DNA of 64,000 nt from Eukaryota sp. TZLM1-RC (lineage: Eukaryota; Protista; Metamonada: BaSk clade): contig JAUPSS010000007.1 of the NCBI GenBank assembly GCA_040285825.1, positions 2,082,689-2,146,688 of the forward strand, read 5' to 3'. Both the position numbers and the translations under genes were made by a program. The notes beneath the pieces were generated by a model. It made no database searches and had not been told where the DNA came from. It worked only from the letters and a program-made list of their open reading frames with translations. This document shows, piece after piece, positions 24,993 to 35,907 of this stretch; position 1 is the first letter of the stretch, and every line of letters begins with the position of its first letter.

Positions 24993-27058
24993 GGGACAAC
25001 ACCAAAATCCACACGTACCACAATTTTTAATCAAAATCCACAAACATTTTTCAAAGTAATTTTCACAATCCACATCATCCAGAACCTGTGATGAAAATCC
25101 ACATATGACGTGACCCAAATCTTTTCAAGTTGGTTGATCAAAATCATCTTTATTGAACACCTCTATTCAACTGCTTCTTATGAAACAATAAACTATTGAT
25201 TAGGACAACCTCTTTTGTTATGGTTTACTTCTCCACATAAACCACACTTATAAATGCGTTTCTGAGCTGGCTCTAATGAAGTTTGAGATCTTCTGGGCTT
25301 ACTTCCTGATTTTTTCTCTCTTGCATTCCTCATACGAACTTTCTTGGGTCTGCCCACTCTCGGCTTGGCAATTGGAGGTCCGCTAACATTTACTTCCGGT
25401 GCTCTTTCATCAGATTCAACGTTACTCTCCAACGTAACATCATCAACAGATAATATTCTCCCCTCGTAGGCACGTAAATACCATAAAGAAGAGTGCTGTG
25501 GTGCACAGTATTCAATTCCTCTTGAACCGTTCCTTGTCAAAAACATCAGCAAGTGAGCACATGGAATTCCTTCTTTCCAATCACAGCAACTACAACTCTT
25601 TTCCTCAATATCAACGTTGAACACTCTACCACTGTCTATGACCTCAAACTCATCGTCATCAACTTCAATAGATCTTAAGTCACGCAACAACATCAACCTC
25701 TCCTCAAGAATCTTAACAGCTCTTGGAACTAAAGGGAATTCAATCATTGCTCTTGCTTCTTTTCGTCTTGATACAAACCATCTTCCAAGCATTGCTCTGA
25801 TACTATCAAACATTTGAACAATAGGTTGTTCTCTGGCTTCGTTGATAGCAGCATTGAGTGATTCCACGACGTTACTTGTGGTATGTCCCCACCTGTTTCC
25901 AGGAAAAATACACTCGACCCAATGTTGAGGATCTGCCGTCTTCTCGATATATTCCGCTGCCGTCTGTGAGACAATCGCCATTTCTTTTAGAATATCGTTG
26001 TAGTCATTGAGATTTTTTGCTTTTGCTAGTCGAAAAATAAAGGGCCTAGCTTTTTTTGATTCTTTACCTGTTGCATTATCAGCAAGATGATTTACACACA
26101 ATGCATGAGGACATCCAGGAAGTACAGCCTCCACTGCATTGATCAGACCTTTTTGCCGATCAGAAATGATTGAAGTACATGAGATAACAAATATGTTGCG
26201 AAGATGATCTAGAAACCACGACCAAGTTGCTGTATTTTCAGTATCAACAACTCCAAACGCTAGAGGGAATGTCTGTCCATTTGCGTCAATTGTTGCAGCT
26301 ACCAAGATTGTTCCAAGATACTGATTTTTGATGAAACAGCCCTCCAACTCGATCACAGGTTTACAATATTGCTGACCAGTAATGGATGCTGAAAACGCCA
26401 AAAAGCAACGACTAAAGCGATCATCATCACCTGCTTCAACAAAAGCCACAGTTCCTGGCATTTTCTGTTTCAAACGTTCGAAGTAACGAGGTAGTAGGCT
26501 GAAGGACTTCTCCTTGTCTCCTTATAACAACATTTGTGCTTCTTTTACCACTCTAGAACATGCCTTATGATTGATTGGCATGTCAGACATCCTTTGCATT
26601 CTAGTTGGAGATACTGGTCCACAACGTCTGAAATCCTCTTTCAACATAAGAGCCACAATTTTCGCAGGAACGTGATTTTTTGATTGTGCTTGACAAGGTG
26701 TGTTGTGCTCCACGAACTTCGTAACAATCCAAACATCGCAATCAAGAGGGGACGTAGCAATAAAACGAAAGGGACACTTCTCATCATCACACTTGATTTC
26801 CCAGCGGGTCTTGTTGTTATTTTGAGCAGGAGAGAACTCTTTGTTGATTTCAATACCATATTGATGCAGAGTTGTTATCATTTTGTCACGAGATTCGAAA
26901 GTATCGTTCACTGAGATGGATATAGGTTCAGAAGCTTTAAGTTTATTAAGATTAAGAGCAATAGTCATTTTTGTGGTTTTTGATGAAAAAGATGGGACTA
27001 ATGTTGCTGTGGATTTTGATGGAAATTGATTTAATCATGTGGATTTTGGTGTTTTCCC
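24993..27058 (-). mobile_element. MULE/Mutator DNA transposon
   Basis: TIRs GGGACAACACCAAAATCCACAC / GGGAAAACACCAAAATCCACAT; 9-bp TSD ATAATTTTA (24984-24992, 27059-27067); subterminal AAATCCACA repeats. Confidence 0.95.
25193..26968 (-). pseudogene. MuDR-type transposase with one in-frame TAA (26522-26524)
   Basis: N-terminal C-x4-CPF zinc domain, DANGQTFPLAF, ISDRQKGL, TSNVVES, SWIM CSC...PCAH, C-terminal CCHC. First catalytic D appears as E (LEGCF). Confidence 0.9.
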
Positions 27059-27303
27059 ATAATTTTATTGAATAATAAACATGTATTGAAGACCTCAACC
27101 ACTGCCTAATTTGCTTAATTTTATCAAATTTTGCAACAGTCTGTGCTGTGATTAAAACCTCATTTGGACAAGACAAAATAATGGAATCGCGAAAAATCCA
27201 TGTTCATTAACTAATAGAAAAAAAATAAAAAAGTTATTTACACAAAAAAACACGAAATAATAAACCAAAAAATATAATACAATAAAAGGGTTATTAAGCA
27301 AAC

Positions 27304-29115
27304 CTAATCAATCAAATCTGATAGATTGATGCCTGCTCTATCCAGTAAATCAGCATCCCCGAATTCTTGAACTTGTCTATACAGAAGAGCCAGTTCAGGA
27401 TCATTAAGAGACATCGATAGATCAGAAACAGAACCAAATTTTGAACTTTCTATATTGGACTGAGCTCTTCTAGAAGGTGGCTTTGGTGGCAAGGGTGAGC
27501 TTAAATGAACAAAATCACTGACTGAATCAGAATCAAATGAACCAGGAAGGGAAAGGGGGGAAAGAGAGTCGATTGAAGTCAAATTTGATTGATTAGTTGA
27601 TTGAACTTGAGTTGATTGATCAAATGAAGAGTTTAGTGGTGGTTCATCAGAAGATTCTTGACCATCATCAGAAAGTTCTTGACCATCATCAGACAGTTCT
27701 TGACCATCATCAGAAAGTTCTTGACCATCATCAGACAGTTCTTGACCATCATCGGAAGGTTCCTGATCATCATCCTCATGATTGGAATGCTCAAAACTAT
27801 TTTCAGATTCAAAAAACAACATGTCCAAATCCCTATACCTTTCAAACAACCCACCACTTTTCGTGACTTTAGGTTCTTCATCTTGACCTATTTCAACTTT
27901 TTCACAGGACTCAACCAAAGATTGGTCACTTATGATCTCCTTTATTTCAGCAGATTTGTTTTCAAAATTTAAACTTGGCAGTGATAAAGTTATGGGAGAG
28001 CTTTTCTTTTCTATAATCTGCCTTTTTCTTCTAACTTCAGTATCAAAGAAAACCTCTGTCAAAACAGTGCAAAAAACATCATGATAATCAAAATCACATT
28101 CGTTTTGTAATAGATTAACAATATTTACTGGTTCTTTTAATAAAAATAGAGTAGAATTGGTTGCAATACCTCCTGGACTAAAGAGCTCAGAAAGATCAAG
28201 ACTGCCACGTAAGCAACACACGTGATCACCCAAACAGGAAACTGAAATGGCTGTTATTAACTGGGAATTTTTTAAATAATTTGATAGCATGGGGGACATT
28301 GTGACACTTTCCTTCTTATTTAATGTTAAAGAAGGATTAAGTCCAAACATTACAGGAGAAATCAAAGGGTCAATAATACCCTTAATCACGTCATCATTGA
28401 CGTCATCAGAGCCCAATATTCCAAACCCTGCAATTAAAGAGACAGGAGAGCTCCTCAGCTGGGGGTAGTAATGAACAAGAGAGTGAAGACCTGAAAGACA
28501 AGACAACTTGACATTAAAAGTAGTATTGACTGGAATCAATCTAGCTCTGATCTCTGGGGGAGGTTTGGGCAATTCTTTTGGTAATAGTATTGGTGAAGTG
28601 GAGGCAGAGACGATGTTGGGTGGAGGTGGAGGATCTTGAACAGGCTCTACTTTGACTGGTGTAGTCTGAACAGGAACAGGAACAGGAGGAGGGGGAGATG
28701 TAGGTGGAGTGAGAGTAGGTAAGACAGGAACAGGGGAAGGGAGAGGACTGGATTGCGGAATAAGAGGTTCAGTGTTGAGCTCAGGGGAGGTGCAAACACT
28801 ACGGGACACAAGGGAGACACGAGGGGAGGGTGGTGGTGGTTCGAGAATTTGTTGGGGGGCGTTATTAGGAGCATTATGGGTTAGTAGTAACTGTTTAAGT
28901 TCTTCAACCTCAGTTGCCAATAGAGAACCTTTGGAATGAGATTGATGCTGTGCTAATGAATCACAGAGCGTTTCACACTCGTGGAGCAGTCCATCTAATA
29001 GAGAATAATCCCCAAGGTTAAATTGCTGAAACATTGTATCATGAACAGTGGTAATGTCGGGTGTATCGTCTGCTAAGGCATTGTCGATACGTTCAAGTAT
29101 GTCATGAGCACTCAT
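27304..29115 (-). CDS. Hypothetical protein with Pro-rich linker and acidic repeats
   Basis: 603-aa ATG ORF. Confidence 0.75.
   Translation of the reverse strand: MSAHDILERIDNALADDTPDITTVHDTMFQQFNLGDYSLLDGLLHECETLCDSLAQHQSHSKGSLLATEVEELKQLLLTHNAPNNAPQQILEPPPPSPRVSLVSRSVCTSPELNTEPLIPQSSPLPSPVPVLPTLTPPTSPPPPVPVPVQTTPVKVEPVQDPPPPPNIVSASTSPILLPKELPKPPPEIRARLIPVNTTFNVKLSCLSGLHSLVHYYPQLRSSPVSLIAGFGILGSDDVNDDVIKGIIDPLISPVMFGLNPSLTLNKKESVTMSPMLSNYLKNSQLITAISVSCLGDHVCCLRGSLDLSELFSPGGIATNSTLFLLKEPVNIVNLLQNECDFDYHDVFCTVLTEVFFDTEVRRKRQIIEKKSSPITLSLPSLNFENKSAEIKEIISDQSLVESCEKVEIGQDEEPKVTKSGGLFERYRDLDMLFFESENSFEHSNHEDDDQEPSDDGQELSDDGQELSDDGQELSDDGQELSDDGQESSDEPPLNSSFDQSTQVQSTNQSNLTSIDSLSPLSLPGSFDSDSVSDFVHLSSPLPPKPPSRRAQSNIESSKFGSVSDLSMSLNDPELALLYRQVQEFGDADLLDRAGINLSDLID
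27644..27774. repeat. 21-bp coding tandem repeat (about 6 x QELSDDG)
   Basis: Unit TCTTGACCATCATCAGA(A/C)AGT repeated. Confidence 0.92.
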
Positions 29116-29218
29116 TCCATTGTATGGTGGAGAAAGACCAGTATACCCACAAAATGGAGGTAAAGAAGAGAAAATGAACAGACACCAGATTTATAAATTG
29201 TAGAACCCCATTAATGTA

Positions 29219-29491
29219 CTGTGAATTTCACTTATCATGCATTCCCCTGTGAAATTCACTCCTGTTTTCTACTTTCACAATATCTACTCACAGGCTGTAA
29301 GAGACATGTAGCATCATTTGACAAAGACAATCATGATCTTCATCAATGGGCTACCTCACTTAAATACACCTACTGCTTTCACAGAACAAAGCCTCGCGAC
29401 TTGATGTATCTAAGTGGATCTACCAAATGCTACTAGGGCATTTGTAGATCGGTCTCAAAAGTTTTTGTTTCTGTATGCTCAGGTTCCCCAT
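29219..29491 (-). ncRNA. Putative Fanzor omegaRNA scaffold / element right end
   Basis: Directly downstream of the Fanzor stop; several long stems; conserved in the second copy at 53633-54203, with homology ending at ...CAG(T). Confidence 0.72.
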
Positions 29492-31442
29492 TCATCTTCT
29501 CAACAGAGCATCTGGGCAAATGTATTTTTCCGGCCACAATTCCGCTTTCTTCTTAATTTGAATATTTTTTGCAGCGGAAATATCTCTGTCATATACTATT
29601 TGACACTCAGTACAAATACGCATCTGCCATGAGCCTGCTTGAATATTCTCGGCCATGCAACAACTTGACAGTTTGCTTGTATTAAATTCACTGGTTGACA
29701 AGTGCTTCACGTCCTTTTGATAACACAACCATTTTCTGAAAGCCCTTGCTGATCCATATCGATTGACTTTTCGGCAATGAGAAGGGAAATTAGCAGAGCC
29801 CACAGCAAGATAGAGTTTTTCAGGATGTCCAGCCAGCCTTTGAAATTTGCTGAGACTCTCTCTGAACCGTCTCTCTTTTCGTCTGCGGTTATCAAATTTA
29901 ATTATTTTCCATTTCTGGCGATTACTTTCCAAATACACTTTCCTCCTGACCAAATTCCAATGGTTCAAATATTGGTTGAAATTTTGAACGGAATATTGGT
30001 TGGGAGAGTGTTTACTGGGTGAAGGTTTTGTCATGTATCTTCTGCCAGTTGCACAAGGGATAACTCCACATTGATTATCATTTAAGAAGTAACCACATAA
30101 TCTTGATTGGCCAAGGTCAACGCCGATAAGGGGCCTTTCAGGTAAAATTTCGACTGGATGTCTACGTCTTCGACGGGGCATTTTTTTAGTACCCTTCAAC
30201 TGTTTTTCTCTGGTTTTGTTGGCATTAGGGTCACTTTTCATTTCATTTTTTGATCTTCTTTTCTTTTTCGGTGGTTCATCCAGCTCATCTGTGTTTTCTG
30301 AGTCATTATTTTTACCTTCAAAGGTCAAAAGCAGTTCATTATTATTAGTTTTCAATAAAATTTTGTTAAATCTATTTTTCAAACTTTTTCTGTTGATATT
30401 GAATTTTTGGTAAGGACATTGTTTGAATATTCGTTTCAGACATGTATTTTTGATAAACTTTGTTTTGGAAGATGATCCTTCAATAATTGGAAATTTTTTC
30501 ACAGAGTGGAAAATTTGTGAAGGTACCTCAATAAATTTAGAACCTTTATGAGAAGCTAAAGGTATTATTCTAAATTTCTTCCAGCAATGCATATGAGAAA
30601 AGAAAGTGAGTAAGTATTGTGAAATTTTAAGATTGAAGAGAAAAAGCTCACTAATTTCCTTTGATGAAAAAGTGATTTTATCATGTGAGGACAGTAGGGA
30701 GGCAGTGGTAGGAAATCTTTGAAGGAGATTCAAGATATACTTACATGCATTCAATAAAAAGAATCTTTCTCTTGAATTATTCAAATTGAAATTGATGAGG
30801 TATTCAAGAACAGAATCAACTACTACTTCCTCGGGTTGGGCTAGTGGTTCATCTGGCAAAAGTGAAAGAATATTATTTGCAAAGACATTTGTTTTATCAA
30901 GAGCTCTACAATGAGCACGAATAAAGTTTTTTGTCCAGGATTGACAAATTTTAGGTAAACTAGTCTTCACATTAGACGCCAATTGACGAGCCCGACATGC
31001 AAGGTAAGGAGAAAGCCCTTTTCTATTGACAAAATTACAATTCTGAGATTGCAGCCAAGCATTGAGAAAAAGATTTAATGAATTTCTGTAAGGCACTAAA
31101 GAATTTTCCCACAAAGAAACAAGAGACCCGTCTTGTGGGCATTCAGGAAGAAATCCATTGTAAAAGATATGGAGTTATTGGCGTTGGCCTTTAGATGTGG
31201 AAGGCTTAGGAAAAGAACCAGTGGTGATGACGGTCATAAACAGATACCATACATCCTGTTCCACTAAAGCTCTAGACGCCAACGGAAAATTTAGAAGAAA
31301 AGATTGAAGTAATAAAGAAGCTTCATGACAAATCTCGGTGACCACAGGAAGGTCAGTCCGAATTTGTTGCACCGCTGCAGGGGTCAGCAACGAGTGCACA
31401 AGACCGAGTGAATACACGTGACATAGAGTGGGTGTCTGTCAT
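29492..31442 (-). pseudogene. Fanzor (TnpB-like) nuclease; RuvC D-E-D intact in the 540-aa frame, N-terminus broken by an in-frame TAA (31175-31177) and a probable frameshift near 31392
   Basis: LIGVDLG, SEFNTSKLSSCC, CTEC...DRDISAAKNI; NLS-like PPKKKRR; ORF 31175-31417 is in the same frame as 29492-31114. Confidence 0.88.
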
Positions 31443-31636
31443 GTAGTGAGAATAAAGAGCTCATCTATCAAATTTTACACTTGTCACCCCATTTTCGACT
31501 TCTAATTGCCTGTTCTGGGAGGTTTTTAACCCTCAACTTGGTTTTGGGAGGTTTTCACTATTCCCACACTTTCCCGTCACTTCATAAACTAGGTATCCTT
31601 TGTAAAAGTTTCTGGAATTTCAACTCTATGTAACTC

Positions 31637-32080
31637 ATGAAAGACGCTCTCAGCATCATCAACAGATTAGTCCACGATACTTTTTTATCTAAAGAACGTT
31701 TCTTTGTTGGTTTTGAGGATAGATTTGGCGGTGTATTCTTCCTCCCTCTTCACGATTTTCTTGCCTTATCTGTACCATCTCACAGAATTCGCTACATATC
31801 TAAAGGAAACTCAATTCTCTGGTCTCACACAAAACGAATCAACCTTATTGGCTCTGTTGCGCCTTCTGTTTCTTTATTCTAATCTCCAACACCTGGTGTT
31901 CTCTCCCGATGTTTTCCTCCTCATGCTACTGGTAGAACGAATGTCCAGTTACCCTTCTTCTCTCACATTGTTTCTTGTAGTGTAGGTGTTCATCATACAT
32001 TGGCACTCACTGCTTGTGGTAATTGCTATGGATTTGGTCTGAACAAATCTACCAATTAGGCAACAACTACCCCCAAAGCA
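31637..32080 (+). pseudogene. MJ1316/DUF504-like domain followed by an RCC1 repeat, disrupted
   Basis: INRLVHD...FFVGFEDRFGG...VPSHRIRYI...W; after in-frame TAA: IVSCSVGVHHTLALTACGNCYGFGLN, then frameshifted QLG. Confidence 0.65.
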
Positions 32081-32648
32081 GCACTTTCAAACCGTTTTCC
32101 TAAGATTTTTTAGAAATCCAATCAATTTATCTATCCTAAATGAACCCTGGAGAAAACCAAAAGTCGAAATGCTATATGACACGTGCGGATAAGGTTTGTC
32201 AAGTGGCATACAGGTAGTTAGTGTTCATCATCTACTGAGATTTCATGTTATTATTGATTAGCTACTTGCTTCAATTGTGATGTATCCGGGACAATTCCAC
32301 AGAAATGATACTATCAATAATGATTGATTAACAATAATTGAGTTCTGCGAAACAGTGAAAAGATTTCTGTATGTATGTTATCATGAAGCTTCAGTTGTTT
32401 TGATGAACACACAACCATCCTTTTATGAACAGCAATTATAAATCCTCTATTAATGAGAAAAACATTAAAACAGCCAACAAAAGATTCACATATTTACACT
32501 GTTGTGACAGCATGTCAATGCTAAAACATTACAATCAAATAATTAAGCCATATTTATTTCTATGCAATACAAATCCAACTATCCTTGTTGTTGAGCTTTC
32601 ATTGACAAGCTTCTTCCTAAAGTAAACAGAATGATCATAAGGTAACAA

Positions 32649-32873
32649 ACCAGCAGCTATAATTTCATCACACAACAATAATTGAGAAGAAATGACAGCA
32701 GATGAACGAATCATATTTCTTAAAACACAATAGTTGTCCCAAATTCCAAGTTCCTTTGGATCACAGGCTTCTCCAAAAAAGACATCTAAACCAACAATGC
32801 CACCCTCTTTGGCTTCTTCTTGCAAGTTGATAATAGTCTCTTCAGCATCAAGACCAGAGTTTTGAGCAAGTGT
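32649..32873 (-). pseudogene. CCT6: Isolated C-terminal fragment of chaperonin CCT zeta
   Basis: TLAQNSGLDAEET...VGLD...GIWDNYCV...QLLLCDEIIAAG; in-frame TAA immediately upstream and no rest of the gene. Confidence 0.8.
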
Positions 32874-33133
32874 TTATCTCAATAGGTCAGAAACACAAAA
32901 AAGGGATTAGGGAGATTTTAGGGAGGGAAGAAAAAAAAGGGATTTGTATTCAACCTGAAATTCAACCACAGTAATAATGCTGTTCATCAACTATTTTACA
33001 CATTATTTAATGTATTATCAATAAAAAACAAACTATGTGTTCGGAATTGATCTAAATAATTAATTTAAATAGATTTGTTCACTTCTGGTAGGACAGTCTA
33101 AAAAATGTCATCAGAGATCCTAAACTGATTGAC

Positions 33134-35275
33134 GTGATCGATCAGGCAGTAATTAGTAGTCAGGAAATTTCTATTGTTGGTTTAGAATTCATTTGTGGTT
33201 ATTATCTGCATCTTTCTTACTTAAAACCAAAAGATGCTTTACCAAAAATTCAAAAGCAATTATTTCGTGACGCTTTTGTTGTGGTCACGTCTCAAAGTGA
33301 GGAGGAATGTTCCCTTAACGCAAAGACAAAAACAGCTTTTCAAAATTCTCGTTGTGAATCATTGTTGGAATAATATCTTTAACACTGAATCTAAATTTGT
33401 TCCAAAAGTTTTATTTAAAAAACTAAGTAATATTTTGCACTACACAATTGACAAACTGATTGTAAATTTCAAAATCATCATCCAACAACATAACTTGGAT
33501 TGGTCTGTTGGTATAGTCTATAATGTTAAGAGAAACAATAACGTCCTGAAAATACAGGATAAGAAAACTTTTCGTCGTTTATTAGTAAAGTTAAATCTCT
33601 ATTTTCTAGAAGGAAGTAGAAATATTGATGGTGAACATCTACAAAGAGAAAAAGTCTCGTCGATGAGTTCACTTTTGATTAATGGCCATATCCCTTATTT
33701 TCTTCCCACTTCTAAAAAGGAAAAAGATTCAAAGTTTGATTTTTCGTCAAAATCAAATATGTATTTGAGAGCAATGTTTTATATTAATAATTATTTAGAA
33801 GATTAGAAGAGCAAACTCTTTCGTGCTCTGCCTTTGATTCCCTCCTATATCAGAATTGACAGGACCAGTGTATTTGACATGTTCTTTGCCGAAATGAAGG
33901 GCATTCTTGGTCAGAAGTCGTCCAACCAATGTATTAATCAAGCTGCTGGTTTGGTTTTACGGAACACCATTTTGAGATGGACGATATTAAAAACACGAAA
34001 CTTTATTCAGAGAATTCAAAGTATTTCATGCCTAGCATCGAGACTGATTTAATAGCAGCATTATTCATTTAATCTAGAAGGGTCTTGAAAAAATACAAGA
34101 TTTCTACAAAAGAATTGAAAGATAAAGAAAAAAATATTGATGACCCCAGTAGAAGTCCTTCTGAATTTCAAAATATGACCCTTGTTGCTGCTGATCCAGG
34201 GAAATTTGATCTACTCTATTGTTCTGCCAATTTAGCTACTGGAATGACTCAGTCAATAAACCTGAGAGAGATAAATATGTTCATTTCAGGTACACTCAAA
34301 ATCAACGAAGATTTGAGTCAAAAAAGTCCAAATTAAGAAGAATAAGAGACAGCATACGGAATGACACTCTTATCACAATAACTAACTCTGCTGGTAGAGT
34401 GATTGATTTATATAATTATGAACCATCTGAAGAGCAACATCGAAGGATGGAGTCAAACAGCCGCATAATGAAAAACAATAATTCTTAATAATAATTATAA
34501 TTTTTTTATAATTCCCTGCCTTTAATTTTCCATTTCTTTACGCTTTGGTTATGCTATTCAATCCAGATGAGGATTTTCAATGATATAAGGTTAACGTATC
34601 AGATTCACAAAAACCAGTGCTGTATGGTCATATGTTTGGCTTAAGTTGTTGCATACTTCCTTGAGCATGAATCATGTGTACAAACAGCGTTGGAAAAACC
34701 CTCTTCTTCTACTGTCATATACCAATTCCAAGCTTAAAACGATGCTGATGTTTCTTTTCTAATCAATGTTGTGAACTACGACCCTGTCCTATATAATGTG
34801 GTTATGAAGCATGAATTTACCATTTATTCACAGTACTTAACAAATTCAAAATTAAGTTGTTTTGCAGATCGTCTACAGGCTGAGGAACCATCCATACTGC
34901 AGTGCCAATCGACTTTTGAATAATCTTTAGTCAATTAACCATGTAGTTTTGTCTTATTTAGTTGTTTAGTTGAAATCTCAGATTGTGGCCTACTTGTTTT
35001 TTATAAATTTAATCCAATACAATACAAAGTTAATCTTCTGATTAAAATCGTTGTTTCTGAGATCCTCCTCGTCTTGGTAAAAGCTGAAGGTGTCAACTAT
35101 CTATCGGGAAGTTGATGGTGAAGTTAAAGTTCACAACGCCTATTTCACTTGGACCGAATGTAATCAAATTTGGTCTAGAGACATTTCTGTATCACTAAAT
35201 CAGCTAAAATTTGCAATTAGTGAGCACTACTATGGAACAAGACCAGAAGCGTTCCAGAGACCACAAAGACACTAG
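33134..35275 (+). pseudogene. Decayed Fanzor of a second family, with unrelated sequence at about 34420-35050
   Basis: FRALPLIPSYIRID, RuvC-I LVAADPGKFDLLY, FRYTQNQRRFE, RuvC-III WSRDISVSLN...RPEAFQR; many frameshifts. Confidence 0.8.
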
Positions 35276-35424
35276 CTTCAAAGCTACCTATTGTTCTAGA
35301 TGAGAAATGGCCTCACTGAGATTGGTGGCCAATTATTCGAGGATTCTAGAACGTTTAAGGACAATCTCACCAAGGATGGAAGTTGTTGGAATAAGTTTGA
35401 ATGATGCTTGACGAAAGTATGCAT
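35276..35424 (+). ncRNA. Putative omegaRNA remnant with pseudoknot topology
   Basis: Interleaved complementary pairs and a terminal GAAA-capped hairpin immediately after the Fanzor stop. Confidence 0.5.
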
Positions 35425-35907
35425 TTAATAAAAAATATTAAATAAAAACAAAAAATGTATGCATTTCAAATGAAAACCACAAACAGTTAACAAAATTCAT
35501 TGAATTGGAGTTACGTTCATCAACATCATCTGAAAGATTCACCAACGAGATAATTGTTAAGGGTAGTGAGAGCAACACTGCCTGGAACATTACTCAAGTG
35601 TGGAATCTTTTTTGAATAACGGTTATCATTATTCAGGACAATTCCACTCAAACTAAAATTTAAGTTTATTTTAAATGATATTTTGTTGTGATAACATTAC
35701 ATTCAATCATGAACACTGTTATGAAAAAAACCGTGTTTTATTTTTAAAGGCTAAAACACGGGTTTATTTCAAAGAACCTAAAGGTAACACATTGGTAACA
35801 CTAATAAAATTTATTTCTGACTCTTCCACTTAACAATTATCTTTGGTTCGCAGCATTCACTTCCATCATGTTTCAACTTCGACTCTTCCACTTAACAATT
35901 ATCTCAT

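Noticed and set aside
27644-27774. CRISPR-like array
   Set aside because: Contiguous 21-bp units with no spacers, in frame within a coding sequence.
31478-32185. Pack-type element with TIRs (CACTTGTCA...TTCGACTT / AAGTCGAA...TGACACGTG) around the MJ1316-RCC1 fragment
   Set aside because: The match is gapped and short, there is no TSD, and TGACACGT-like words also occur in a host intergenic region near 51645.
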